64,000 nucleotides of DNA, taken from positions 496,001 to 560,000 of the forward strand of contig NC_019977.1 in NCBI RefSeq assembly GCF_000328665.1, given 5' to 3'. This document shows, one piece after another, positions 20,805-29,858 of the stretch. Numbering within the stretch: the stretch's first letter is position 1; every line of letters begins with the position of its first letter. Both the position numbers and the translations under genes were made by a program. The notes beneath the pieces were generated by a model. It was given only the letters and a program-made list of their open reading frames with translations, had not been told where the DNA came from and did no database searches. Source of the stretch: Methanomethylovorans hollandica DSM 15978 (GTDB lineage Archaea; Halobacteriota; Methanosarcinia; Methanosarcinales; Methanosarcinaceae).

Positions 20805-20820
20805 GGCTTTGTAGAAATGC
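20805..20820 (+). repeat. Solo TIR-like motif
   Basis: GGCTTTGTAGAAATGC, 15/16 identical to the reverse complement of 25201-25216. Confidence 0.5.
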
Positions 20821-20956
20821 TACTTTTATATAAAGTCGAAATATAGTTCAGTTTTTTGGTGAACTTATGGGTAATCTCACCCACAAACCCAAAGATTGGG
20901 CTGCGGGGTAATCTTAATATATGTATCTTTTGTATCCTTTTATAAGGGGTGATAAA

Positions 20957-21256
20957 GTGTTATTTATGATTAGCCTTGAGCATACACCTGAACAGTGCTT
21001 TGCAAGAGAAGAATATCAGGTTGAAGGTAAACAATGGGCAGAAGGGATGAGAAAATCGGCGGAGAAACTGGGTATAATTGTACATGGTGCGTATGTATGC
21101 ACAACTGAACATGTCTACTACTTTATTCTCGAGTCTGATGATTTCAAATCAATTTCTGCCTTCTTAAGCCCTCCGATGCTAACACATCACATGGGAAAAA
21201 TCTCTCCGATAATGACGATAGAAGATGCTTACCAACTGCCATTTATTGACAGATGA
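20957..21256 (+). CDS. DUF3303/GYD-like small protein
   Basis: GTG start after GGGGTGA; H.PEQC and EH.YYFILESDD pattern. Confidence 0.65.
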   Translation: MLFMISLEHTPEQCFAREEYQVEGKQWAEGMRKSAEKLGIIVHGAYVCTTEHVYYFILESDDFKSISAFLSPPMLTHHMGKISPIMTIEDAYQLPFIDR

Positions 21257-21722
21257 ATTCAGTGTTGATATTCGTTTTGTATGAGTTTATATTGATTCAT
21301 CATTTCCTTTTTTGACCTTATCCTTCCCACGGTGGCAGTGGTACCTTCATTTAGAACTTGTACTGAAAACAGCACGTGTCCGAATGAGACAGAACCACTA
21401 CATCCGCTGAGGTGGTGCTCTTTCAGGCATTGTTAATTATAGTTATTAACCATTTGTTTGAAACTTATGGTATTAACATCACCATCTCATGAATGCGATT
21501 TTAGCATTCATAAGTTACAAACCATCGGTGTTTAACTATAAATAGAACAAAAACAAGAAATAAATTCATTTGGGAGGTTCTTTTAACAAAATATTGTCTA
21601 ATTGGAATAGGGATTATTTGGAGCTAATTAGATGGTCTCAATTACAGTTCATTCATTTATGAAAACTTTTATCCGCTCACGTTCCAATTAGAAGTAGAAG
21701 TATTAAATATCGGGGGTTAATA

Positions 21723-22094
21723 ATGAAAAGAGAAGTAATTGTTTTCATACTTCTGATCAGTGCATTTCTGGCAATAGGATGCACTGGACAGCAGCCTACG
21801 GCTCCGACTAACGAGACACCTGCAACTCCATTTAACTCAACGACTGGGGGCAAGGTTATTGAAGTATCCATTCAGAATTTTGCTTTTGAACCCAAGTCGG
21901 TTAAAATCTCTGTTGGGGATACGGTCAAGTGGACAAACCTTGATTCAGTATCTCATACCATAAAAAGTACAGATTTCACATCTGAAGTGCTCAAAAATGG
22001 TGGTTCGTTCAGTCATACCTTTACCCAGGTTGGAACTTATGACTACGAATGCTCAATTCATCCATCAATGAAAGGAGTTGTCATTGTAGAATAA
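21723..22094 (+). CDS. Cupredoxin (plastocyanin/halocyanin-like) lipoprotein
   Basis: Lipobox-like LAIGC; F.P...GDTV.W.N.D..SHT and Y.CSIHPSM.G type-1 Cu ligands. Confidence 0.92.
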   Translation: MKREVIVFILLISAFLAIGCTGQQPTAPTNETPATPFNSTTGGKVIEVSIQNFAFEPKSVKISVGDTVKWTNLDSVSHTIKSTDFTSEVLKNGGSFSHTFTQVGTYDYECSIHPSMKGVVIVE

Positions 22095-22190
22095 TTAGTC
22101 AGACATAGGAACAAGATGAGAAGAAATGGTCTGATATTGCAACGGCTCTGGTGGAGCTTGTTTAGAATTAGCCAGAGAATGCGAAGATAT
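22066..22190 (+). repeat. 125-bp direct repeat, copy 2
   Basis: Matches 15085-15209. Confidence 0.9.
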
Positions 22191-22481
22191 CCAGGGAGAG
22201 TGTTTGCAGTATTCGCTCACATTTGATTTAAGAAAATTACGATTAACACTTTACTTTTGGCTTTGGAGAATCCTCTACACAATAGACGAGTTGCTTAAAA
22301 TACTCTTAAACCAATTGTAGAATATTTGCAATAAATATCTCTTTTTATCAGGTGATATCGGTTAGAATAGTATTTCTTCAGGGACTAAGACACAGATATT
22401 TATGTATGGAAGATAATGGAGGGTACGAGTGGATTTACAGCAAAATTGATATACTGCCTTTTAATGTTTACGGAGAATTAT

Positions 22482-25055
22482 ATGGTTCAGGAAAAGTACA
22501 ATCCAGCTATAAATCTACTAAAGAAAATAAGTTACTTACTGCCAATTGTTATATTCTCGCTTTCTTTAATTACTCTACATAAGCAATTACATCATATTAG
22601 TTTAGAAGAAATTCACAGTGTTTTTTCACATATTTCTTCAGTTGATGTTTTTTTTGTGTTTGTTTTTACCTTTTTAAGTTATATTATGCTTATCTGTTAT
22701 GACCTCTTAGCAATGCATTACATCGGTCACTGGATCCCTCTTGAAAAAACAGTTAAGTCTTCTTTCATAAGTACTTCCATTAGCTACAGTATCGGTTTCA
22801 ACTTTTTGACAAGTGGATCTATTCGATACAGACTTTACTCTCTTTATGGCTTAACGCTTTTTGATGTTGGAAAAATAGTAACCTTCTGTAGTCTTACTTT
22901 TTGGATGGGTTTTTCTTTTATAGGAGGAATATTACTTATTTCTCATCCTCTTAACTTACCCGAATCAATATCTATACCTTCACTTTTTTTCAAGATAATC
23001 GGAGCTTTGTTGCTGTTGCTTTTGTTTGCTTACTTCTTCTTTTGTTTCAAGCAAAAAAGAATAAGAGTTAAAGAAACAGATCTGCATTTTCCAAATATCA
23101 AAATAGCAAGTTTACAACTTCTTGTCGCATCATTGGATTATATTTTTGTAGGATGTGTATTCTATTTTTTGCTTCCCCATTATGGGCATATTAGTTTTTT
23201 TTATGTGCTTACGATTTTAATGATATCCCAAATTATCGGTTTAATAAGTACAGTACCCGGAGGACTTGGAGTCTTTGAGGCCGTTATGCTTTTCATGCTA
23301 ACCCCTTTCTTTCATTCTAACGATGTTATTGCCACTCTTGTTGTGTTTAGAACTGTGTACTATTTTGTTCCATTCATTATGGGTTTACTCCTTCTATCGC
23401 ATAACGAACTCAATGTAAGAAATAAATTATTAATAAAGCTACATAAGAATACCGTTTCCAGAATATCTATCTTTACACCCCAGATATTTGCATTGTTAAT
23501 ATTCTTGGCAGGGATGGTTCTCCTTTTCTTTGAAGCTCTTCCACCTCAAATAGAAAACATGCGGCTAATAAATAGAATTATTCCATTGCCTTTGATAGAA
23601 TCTTCAAGTCTATTAAGCAGCATCATAGGAGTACTCCTTTTAATTCTTGCAAAAAGTTTGTGGAAAAGAATAGATGGGGCATATTTGCTGTCGCTTATAG
23701 TCTTACTTTTAGGTAGTATATTTTCCATTCTGAAAGGCTCCAATTATATTGGAGTAATTATCCTATTTACCATATTTCTAACTTTGTTGCCTCAAAGAAA
23801 ATATTTCTACCGAAAATCTTCTCTGCTTAATCAAACCTTCAGTAGAGATAATATCATTGTGATATCTTTTGTTGTTTTAAGCTTTATATGGTTTGGATTT
23901 TTTGTTCATAGGCATGCAGATTACTCAAGAGAAATGTTATGGCAATTCGGCATTGATTCGCATGCATCTCGATTTTTAAGATCCGCTGTAGCATCTATTT
24001 TCATGTTGTTCATTGTAGGTATATTAAAACTCCTTGGCAGTTCCAGTAAGGATCTAAAACTGCCAGATGAAGACGAAATTGATAATGCAAGAATAATAAT
24101 TAGGAAAAGTAAGACTACAAGTGGAAACCTTGCATTACTTAAGGACAAATATTTGATATTCGATGCAGCAAAAGAATCATTTATAATGTATGGAATATCC
24201 GGAAAAAGCTGGATTTGCATGGGTGATCCAATCGGAAAGATTCATAACATTAAAGATTTAATTTGGGATTTCCATGAAATGGCAAACCTACACCAAGGTT
24301 GGACTGTGTTCTATGAAGTCAGCGAGAAGTATATTCCTTACTACCTAGATATCGGCCTGACGTTAATCAAGATTGGAGAGGAGGCAAGGGTTCAACTTTC
24401 TGAATTCAGTCTTGAAGGCAGTGCCGGAAAAGATTTCCGATATTCCGTAAAACGTATGGAAAAAGATGGCTTTAATTTTGAGATCATACCACCTGAACAA
24501 GTTTCAGCCCATGAAAAAGAACTTAGGGAAATATCTGATGCTTGGCTAAATCTAAAAAACACAAGTGAAAAGAAATTTTCAATGGGGTTCTTTGATATTA
24601 GATATTTGAGTAATTACTCACTTGCCATAGTAAAAAAAGAAGATAAAATAGTTTCTTTTGCAAATATATGGCTTGGAGCTGAAAAAGAAGAGATGACTAT
24701 TGACTTAATGCGTTATGATCCTGCTATTGCACATCGAACAATGGAATATCTTTTCGTCAAACTTATGTTATGGGGCAAAGAGAGCGGTTATAGGTTTTTT
24801 TCTCTGGGGATGTCACCCCTTTCAGGCCTGGAAGACAGAAACCTTGCGCCTTTATGGACTAAAATCGGTTTAGCAATTTATAAGCACGGTGAATACCTTT
24901 ATAACTTCAAAGGATTAAGGGCATACAAGGAAAGATTTCATCCAACTTGGGAACCCAGATATATAGCTTTTCCCAGTGGTTTCAAACAAGTGTCTGCCTT
25001 GAAGGATGTCGCAATTTTGATATCAGGTGGTACAAAAGAAATATTTTCAAAGTGA
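22482..25055 (+). CDS. mprF: Bifunctional aminoacyl-phospholipid flippase/synthase MprF
   Basis: IRYRLYS, VPGGLGVFE, MGDPIG, KIGEEA, EKKFSMG, DLMRY, LGMSPLSG, YNFKGLRAYKERF.P.WEPRY. Confidence 0.93.
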   Translation: MVQEKYNPAINLLKKISYLLPIVIFSLSLITLHKQLHHISLEEIHSVFSHISSVDVFFVFVFTFLSYIMLICYDLLAMHYIGHWIPLEKTVKSSFISTSISYSIGFNFLTSGSIRYRLYSLYGLTLFDVGKIVTFCSLTFWMGFSFIGGILLISHPLNLPESISIPSLFFKIIGALLLLLLFAYFFFCFKQKRIRVKETDLHFPNIKIASLQLLVASLDYIFVGCVFYFLLPHYGHISFFYVLTILMISQIIGLISTVPGGLGVFEAVMLFMLTPFFHSNDVIATLVVFRTVYYFVPFIMGLLLLSHNELNVRNKLLIKLHKNTVSRISIFTPQIFALLIFLAGMVLLFFEALPPQIENMRLINRIIPLPLIESSSLLSSIIGVLLLILAKSLWKRIDGAYLLSLIVLLLGSIFSILKGSNYIGVIILFTIFLTLLPQRKYFYRKSSLLNQTFSRDNIIVISFVVLSFIWFGFFVHRHADYSREMLWQFGIDSHASRFLRSAVASIFMLFIVGILKLLGSSSKDLKLPDEDEIDNARIIIRKSKTTSGNLALLKDKYLIFDAAKESFIMYGISGKSWICMGDPIGKIHNIKDLIWDFHEMANLHQGWTVFYEVSEKYIPYYLDIGLTLIKIGEEARVQLSEFSLEGSAGKDFRYSVKRMEKDGFNFEIIPPEQVSAHEKELREISDAWLNLKNTSEKKFSMGFFDIRYLSNYSLAIVKKEDKIVSFANIWLGAEKEEMTIDLMRYDPAIAHRTMEYLFVKLMLWGKESGYRFFSLGMSPLSGLEDRNLAPLWTKIGLAIYKHGEYLYNFKGLRAYKERFHPTWEPRYIAFPSGFKQVSALKDVAILISGGTKEIFSK

Positions 25056-25140
25056 TGCGATATTCTTAAGACTGATCGTATTACAGGGGGCAGTTATTAG
25101 AATTGATTAAAAGTTCTCCATTATCGGCGATTTAAAATAA

Positions 25141-25216
25141 GATTCTGTAGAAATCCTCGATATTCAAGCTATTAGCCAAGTTAACAATACTTTAAAATGA
25201 GCATTTCTACAAAACC
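25141..25216. repeat. 76-bp element with an imperfect inverted repeat (MITE-like), right edge of island
   Basis: GATTCTGTAGAAAT...ATTTCTACAAAACC, related to 7853-7905. Confidence 0.6.
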
Positions 25217-25242
25217 TTTCTTTTTTATCCCATATTTTTGTC

Positions 25243-26052
25243 CTATCCGGCAAAATAGGATGCAATCAGTATTGTAAGTGTGATAATTGAAAAGAGCATA
25301 TCTGACACCTTCAGAGATCTGTTATGTGTCTGGATGTTCCCGTTCTGTCCATATCCTCTGCACAGCATACTTATGTATGTTCTTTCTCCCTGTTCATAGG
25401 CCATTATGAAAATAGAACTGATGGTATATCCTATCTGTTCCAGTATCCACATACGGCGGACCTTTTTATTCCATAAGTTGAATAAACGGCATTTCTGAGC
25501 CGTACGGATACGTTTGAGCACGCTCCAGAACAAGAACAGATATCTCACCATCATGGTAAGCAGCAATGCTATTTCCTTTGGAATGCCCAGTTGTCTTGCG
25601 GCTCCCACGATATCGTGCATCTTCGTGGTGGAAGAAAGCAGTATTATGGCACTTACACATACAATGAACTTTGCCAGCAGTGTTACGCCAAAGGCCAGAC
25701 CTTCATATGTCGCTGTAAGCCCCAGTGGCAGATCAAGCGGATATTCCGTAAAAGAATCAAAGAAAGGCTGTCTCACAAAAGGCTGGATCACGATTATCCC
25801 CAGCCCGAAGGGCAGCACTGCAAGGAAGCGGACGATGACATACACAGGGTTCAGCTTTGACAGAACCATCAGGATGATAAGGTAGGATTCTACAAAGACT
25901 AAACGCATCATATTGTTTTCATGTACCCTGGGCAGGCTTACAGTGAATATTATTATGAGGATAACTGCAAGAAGCTTTACACGGCCATCAAGGCGATGTA
26001 CCGGACTATCTTTATACGCTTCTTTTTCAATATCTGTAAGCGTTATCTCCAT
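25243..26052 (-). CDS. cbiQ: Ni/Co ECF transporter T component
   Basis: SPVHRLDGRVK, MMVRYLF, A.EQGER.Y.SMLCRGY. Confidence 0.92.
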   Translation of the reverse strand: MEITLTDIEKEAYKDSPVHRLDGRVKLLAVILIIIFTVSLPRVHENNMMRLVFVESYLIILMVLSKLNPVYVIVRFLAVLPFGLGIIVIQPFVRQPFFDSFTEYPLDLPLGLTATYEGLAFGVTLLAKFIVCVSAIILLSSTTKMHDIVGAARQLGIPKEIALLLTMMVRYLFLFWSVLKRIRTAQKCRLFNLWNKKVRRMWILEQIGYTISSIFIMAYEQGERTYISMLCRGYGQNGNIQTHNRSLKVSDMLFSIITLTILIASYFAG

Positions 26053-26066
26053 GTAACTGCCTTCTT

Positions 26067-26945
26067 TTATTCTCTGGGTGTGTTCAACAACCTCAGTATC
26101 TCATCTCTGGCATCCATAGGTGTGACTTTTGTTTCCACATCAAGACCTTCAGCCTTGAGAAGTTCGAAAACTCCTGCTATCCTGGGCATTCTCAGATGTA
26201 CATGTTCCAGCAGTCCCGGCTGCTTGAATATCTCTTTTGAAGTACCCTGTGCTTCGATCCTGCCATGGTGCATCAGGAAGACCCTGTCAGCAAAAAGCGG
26301 TACCATGTCCACATCGTGCGTTGACAGTATTATTGTGATACCAAGGTCATGGTTCATTTTCTCAATGACATTCATTATGTTTTCGGCACCCCTTGGATCA
26401 AGTCCGGCCGTAGGCTCATCCAGCACAATTACCTCTGGTCTCATCGCCAGGATACCGGCAATGGCAACACGCTTTTTCTGCCCTCCGCTAAGATGGTGAG
26501 GCGACCTGTCCTCCAGGCCTGCTATATTTACTAGTTCCAAAGCCTCTTTGACCCTCGAATCAACCTCCTTTTCGGAAAGCCCCATGTTCACAGGACCGAA
26601 TGCTACATCCTGCTCCACAGTGGGTGCAAGGATCTGGTCATCAGGATTCTGGAATACAATGCCCACTGTCTGGCGCACATTAGAGATGTTCTTTTTCGAT
26701 ATTTTCTCCCCATGAACAAGTGCCTCACCTAAATTCGGCTTAAGGATACCGTTTAAGTGCTTGAACAATGTAGATTTCCCAGCACCGTTGGCTCCCAGGA
26801 ACGCTACTTTTTCGCCAGGGTATATTTTCAGGTTTATATCCTTAAGTGCCTCTATCTTGCTGTTTCCATAGGAATAGGACAGATTCCTAAGCTCGATGAT
26901 AGGTGTAGCGGATCTCATGTTGCCTTGTTTTAATGCTTCCTGCAT
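26067..26945 (-). CDS. cbiO: Ni/Co ECF transporter ATPase (start may be 26918)
   Basis: GANGAGKST, FQNPDDQ, LSGGQKKRVAIAG, LDEPTAGLD. Confidence 0.92.
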   Translation of the reverse strand: MQEALKQGNMRSATPIIELRNLSYSYGNSKIEALKDINLKIYPGEKVAFLGANGAGKSTLFKHLNGILKPNLGEALVHGEKISKKNISNVRQTVGIVFQNPDDQILAPTVEQDVAFGPVNMGLSEKEVDSRVKEALELVNIAGLEDRSPHHLSGGQKKRVAIAGILAMRPEVIVLDEPTAGLDPRGAENIMNVIEKMNHDLGITIILSTHDVDMVPLFADRVFLMHHGRIEAQGTSKEIFKQPGLLEHVHLRMPRIAGVFELLKAEGLDVETKVTPMDARDEILRLLNTPRE

Positions 26946-26988
26946 GCGACTCGTTCTGTTTTATTATTATATTTGAGAGATCGGTATA

Positions 26989-27016
26989 GTATGAGAAATA
27001 TTTGTTATCTTATTAC
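26989..27016. promoter_or_regulatory. NikR-like operator upstream of cbiO
   Basis: GTATGA-N16-TATTAC. Confidence 0.6.
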
Positions 27017-27149
27017 TTTGAGCGTGATTGTTATGCAATAATAAACTACATATTTATATATGGTGGTGAACAGCAAAACCCGATAACTATTTTGAAATGC
27101 ATGAACAGATATTGTTTTTATACAAGAGTTACCTTAAATATGCAACATC

Positions 27150-27965
27150 ATGCAGGATATATCCATTCGTTCAGAAAACCACCCGCAGCCCTTGATAGAT
27201 TTCAGGAATGTCACCGTTGCCCGCGATGGGCGAAAGATCCTTGATTCTGTTTCCCTCCAGATAGATGTAGGTGAGAACGTTGCTATCATTGGCCCCAATG
27301 GTTCTGGAAAATCTTCTCTTATCAAGACCATTACCCGGGAATACCGGCCACTGGCTAATTCTTCTGGTCTTGTATGCCGAATTATGGGGGAAGAAAGATG
27401 GGATGTGTTCGATCTCCAACGTTCATTGGGTATAGTTTCAGGAGACCTGCAACAGGAGTATACCCGGGATATTTGTGGCTACGAGGCAGTATTATCGGGT
27501 TTTTTCAGTAGTATTGGTGTTTACAGGAACCATCATATTACCTATGAGATGAGGTGTATAGTCAAGGCAGTAATGGATCTCCTGGAGGTATCTCATCTTC
27601 AGCACAAAATCATTTCCCATATGTCGACAGGCGAGGCACGAAGAATTCTTATAGCGAGAGCCCTGGTACATGATCCTCTGGCCCTGGTGTTGGATGAACC
27701 TGCCAATAGTCTTGATCTGCATAGTCTTCACAGGTTCAGGGAAGTGATGCGCAGAATCGCAGTTGCAGGAAAAAGCATAATCCTTGTGACACACAATCTT
27801 CAGGATATAATTCCGGAAATAGAAAGGGTCATACTTTTCAGAGATGGCAGAACCTTCATGGATGGACCAAAAGAGCAAATTCTGACCTCTTCCAATCTAT
27901 CCATATTATTTGGATTACCGGTAGAGGTACAGAGCGCAGATGGGTATTACCGTGCCTGGTGTTGA
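27150..27965 (+). CDS. Orphan ABC ATPase (ModF/YlmA-like)
   Basis: GPNGSGKSS, MSTGEARR, LDEPANSLD, LVTH. Confidence 0.85.
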   Translation: MQDISIRSENHPQPLIDFRNVTVARDGRKILDSVSLQIDVGENVAIIGPNGSGKSSLIKTITREYRPLANSSGLVCRIMGEERWDVFDLQRSLGIVSGDLQQEYTRDICGYEAVLSGFFSSIGVYRNHHITYEMRCIVKAVMDLLEVSHLQHKIISHMSTGEARRILIARALVHDPLALVLDEPANSLDLHSLHRFREVMRRIAVAGKSIILVTHNLQDIIPEIERVILFRDGRTFMDGPKEQILTSSNLSILFGLPVEVQSADGYYRAWC

Positions 27966-28489
27966 AGCCCTTTTTGAGGGAATCTCTCGTTGATACCCAT
28001 TTTTTTGTCGGGATTGTTACTGCTTTTTGGTATTTCTTTCTCCACTTTAAAAAAATAAGTCGCTGGTAAGATATGTGTGTTCACTTTATTTTTTAATTTC
28101 CTGGACCTTTCATATTTTCTTCGTGAAATGATCGCCTTTTTCTTCTGCTTTTCGGAATGATAATATATTGTAGATGTGAAATGGCTGCTATTCTCATCCG
28201 GTTTCAATGTGTAGGCAGGATCATGCAGTTCCCAGAACAGCTCTAGTAACTTATCATAGGAAATTATCTGTGGGTCGAAAATTATCTGCACGGCCTGTAT
28301 CAGGTCTTTTCTTTCCTCTATCACTCTTTCAAACCGGGGATACTGAACTTCATCTCCTGTGTATCCTGTGGCTGTACTAATTATTCCTCTGGCCTTGTTA
28401 CGAAACACTGCCTCTACTTTCCAGGTAGTTCCAAGAGCAAAGGTCGCGATCTCATGTTCATTAGTGGGGATATTTTCAAGTTTATTCAT
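27947..28489 (-). CDS. MsrA-fold protein lacking the catalytic Cys
   Basis: ATFALGTTW.VE, GYTG, FDP..ISYDKLL..FW..HDP; no Cys in the protein. Confidence 0.8.
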   Translation of the reverse strand: MNKLENIPTNEHEIATFALGTTWKVEAVFRNKARGIISTATGYTGDEVQYPRFERVIEERKDLIQAVQIIFDPQIISYDKLLELFWELHDPAYTLKPDENSSHFTSTIYYHSEKQKKKAIISRRKYERSRKLKNKVNTHILPATYFFKVEKEIPKSSNNPDKKMGINERFPQKGLQHQAR

Positions 28490-28847
28490 TTTTCTTCCCC
28501 CAGTTTTATCATTGTTTCTCAGGCTTTGTAATCCTCTTTAGGTGGTGTTAACTATTAAACACACAATTAATTATAAGAAATTAAATATAATAATATTTCT
28601 CTTTATCGACTCGAAAAGTGTATTTCAACATACAAACCTGCAAAAAAATATGCTGCATATTATGTTTGTATGCGCACTCGATAAAAATAAAGCACGGACA
28701 GTTTATTGAGCGCAAGTTTTCTTGTCTTTTTATTGTCCATTCGTTTCAGTAAATCAATAGTTGCTTAACTTATTTTTAAATAAGGTCTGCTTTCCTTAAA
28801 TTATCATAGAGTTTCTTTATATATGAGAATGCACTTTCATACTCCAT

Positions 28848-28940
28848 CCCAGATCTTTGTCAGGACTGGGGTGTAAATCCATAGGGGAGGTATACTCCAT
28901 ACCTCCTCACTTCCCTAAAGCAATTTGGCTGCTTTAAGGT
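28848..28940 (+). ncRNA. Candidate structured small RNA, copy B
   Basis: Same core motifs and three-hairpin layout as 2301-2421; TTTATATA 25 nt upstream. Confidence 0.5.
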
Positions 28941-29071
28941 GTGCATATATTCGTTGATCTCATAAGAAGGTTCTTTTTTCAGTGTCTTTATAGCCTGGAT
29001 ATAAGACCACCGGATATCATTACTTCAGTACGGCGTTCCTTGTCATTCTTTTTCAGAACAGGGAGGAAATT

Positions 29072-29164
29072 ATGGCAGGTCCGAAGGCGGCTCCAAAACC
29101 TGCCCACTCCAAGGAAATTATTGCCCAGATCATCGCGATGGTCCTGGCTTGCCTTATGCTGTAA
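29072..29164 (+). CDS. Candidate 30-aa small protein MAGPKAAPKPAHSKEIIAQIIAMVLACLML
   Basis: GGGAGG 5 nt before the ATG; hydrophobic C-terminus. Confidence 0.35.
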   Translation: MAGPKAAPKPAHSKEIIAQIIAMVLACLML

Positions 29165-29165
29165 T

Positions 29166-29801
29166 TCAAATCTTCTTAATAGTGGAAGGATGGTATTTTT
29201 TCGATCCCGGAATTATCCTGTGGACCTGCTTCTGATACTCTCTGTATTCGTTACCGAATTGTGCCGCCAGCCTTGATTCCCAGTGTAGAGACCCCAAATA
29301 TAGGTATATGGTAGCTAAAAGGTATATGATGAGCAGATTGAGGGTCATAAAGGGAGTAAGCCAGATCATGACCAGCCCTGAGAGCAGAAAGGGATCCCTC
29401 ACCCATTGGTAAATGCCCCGGATATCCAGGTGACCAGCTTCAAGAGTCTGCGGGGCAGACAGCTGTGCACGTATCTTGAACCTATGAGGTGCGTGCAGCA
29501 AAGCCAGGGGTGCAACGCCTGCAGCTATCAATTGTCCACCGACCATCACCCAGCGCCAGGGAGAAGGTATTATGTAGAGGAAAGGTCCCGGATATTTGTA
29601 AAGCAGATAGGCCAGGGGCAGCAAGGTTATCACTGCGATGAAACTGAATAGCGGCATGAACAATCTGTCTGCGCTGGGTCCTATGACCCGCATAAGGAAG
29701 CGCTTGAAGGGCAGGCTGGCCATAAGGCTGTGGACAGCTGCGAATACCGCCAGGCTAAGGATAAGAACTATCAGGGAAGAAACCAATTCAAAAACCTCCA
29801 T
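29166..29801 (-). CDS. NnrU/ICMT-like membrane methyltransferase-family protein
   Basis: FAAVHSLMA, GIYQWVRDP, E.RL..FG.EYREY...V..IIP. Confidence 0.75.
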   Translation of the reverse strand: MEVFELVSSLIVLILSLAVFAAVHSLMASLPFKRFLMRVIGPSADRLFMPLFSFIAVITLLPLAYLLYKYPGPFLYIIPSPWRWVMVGGQLIAAGVAPLALLHAPHRFKIRAQLSAPQTLEAGHLDIRGIYQWVRDPFLLSGLVMIWLTPFMTLNLLIIYLLATIYLYLGSLHWESRLAAQFGNEYREYQKQVHRIIPGSKKYHPSTIKKI

Positions 29802-29858
29802 TCTTATTTGGGTAGCTTCTATATAGTATATTTTAGTATTTATTACCTGACGATGCTG

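Noticed and set aside
21300..21540. Possible riboswitch or gene relic between the DUF3303-like gene and the cupredoxin
   Set aside because: No recognisable aptamer consensus or protein motif in the frames read
22116..22226. 36-aa cationic ORF MRRNGLILQRLWW... within the direct repeat
   Set aside because: Shorter in the other copy, weak RBS and no recognisable family
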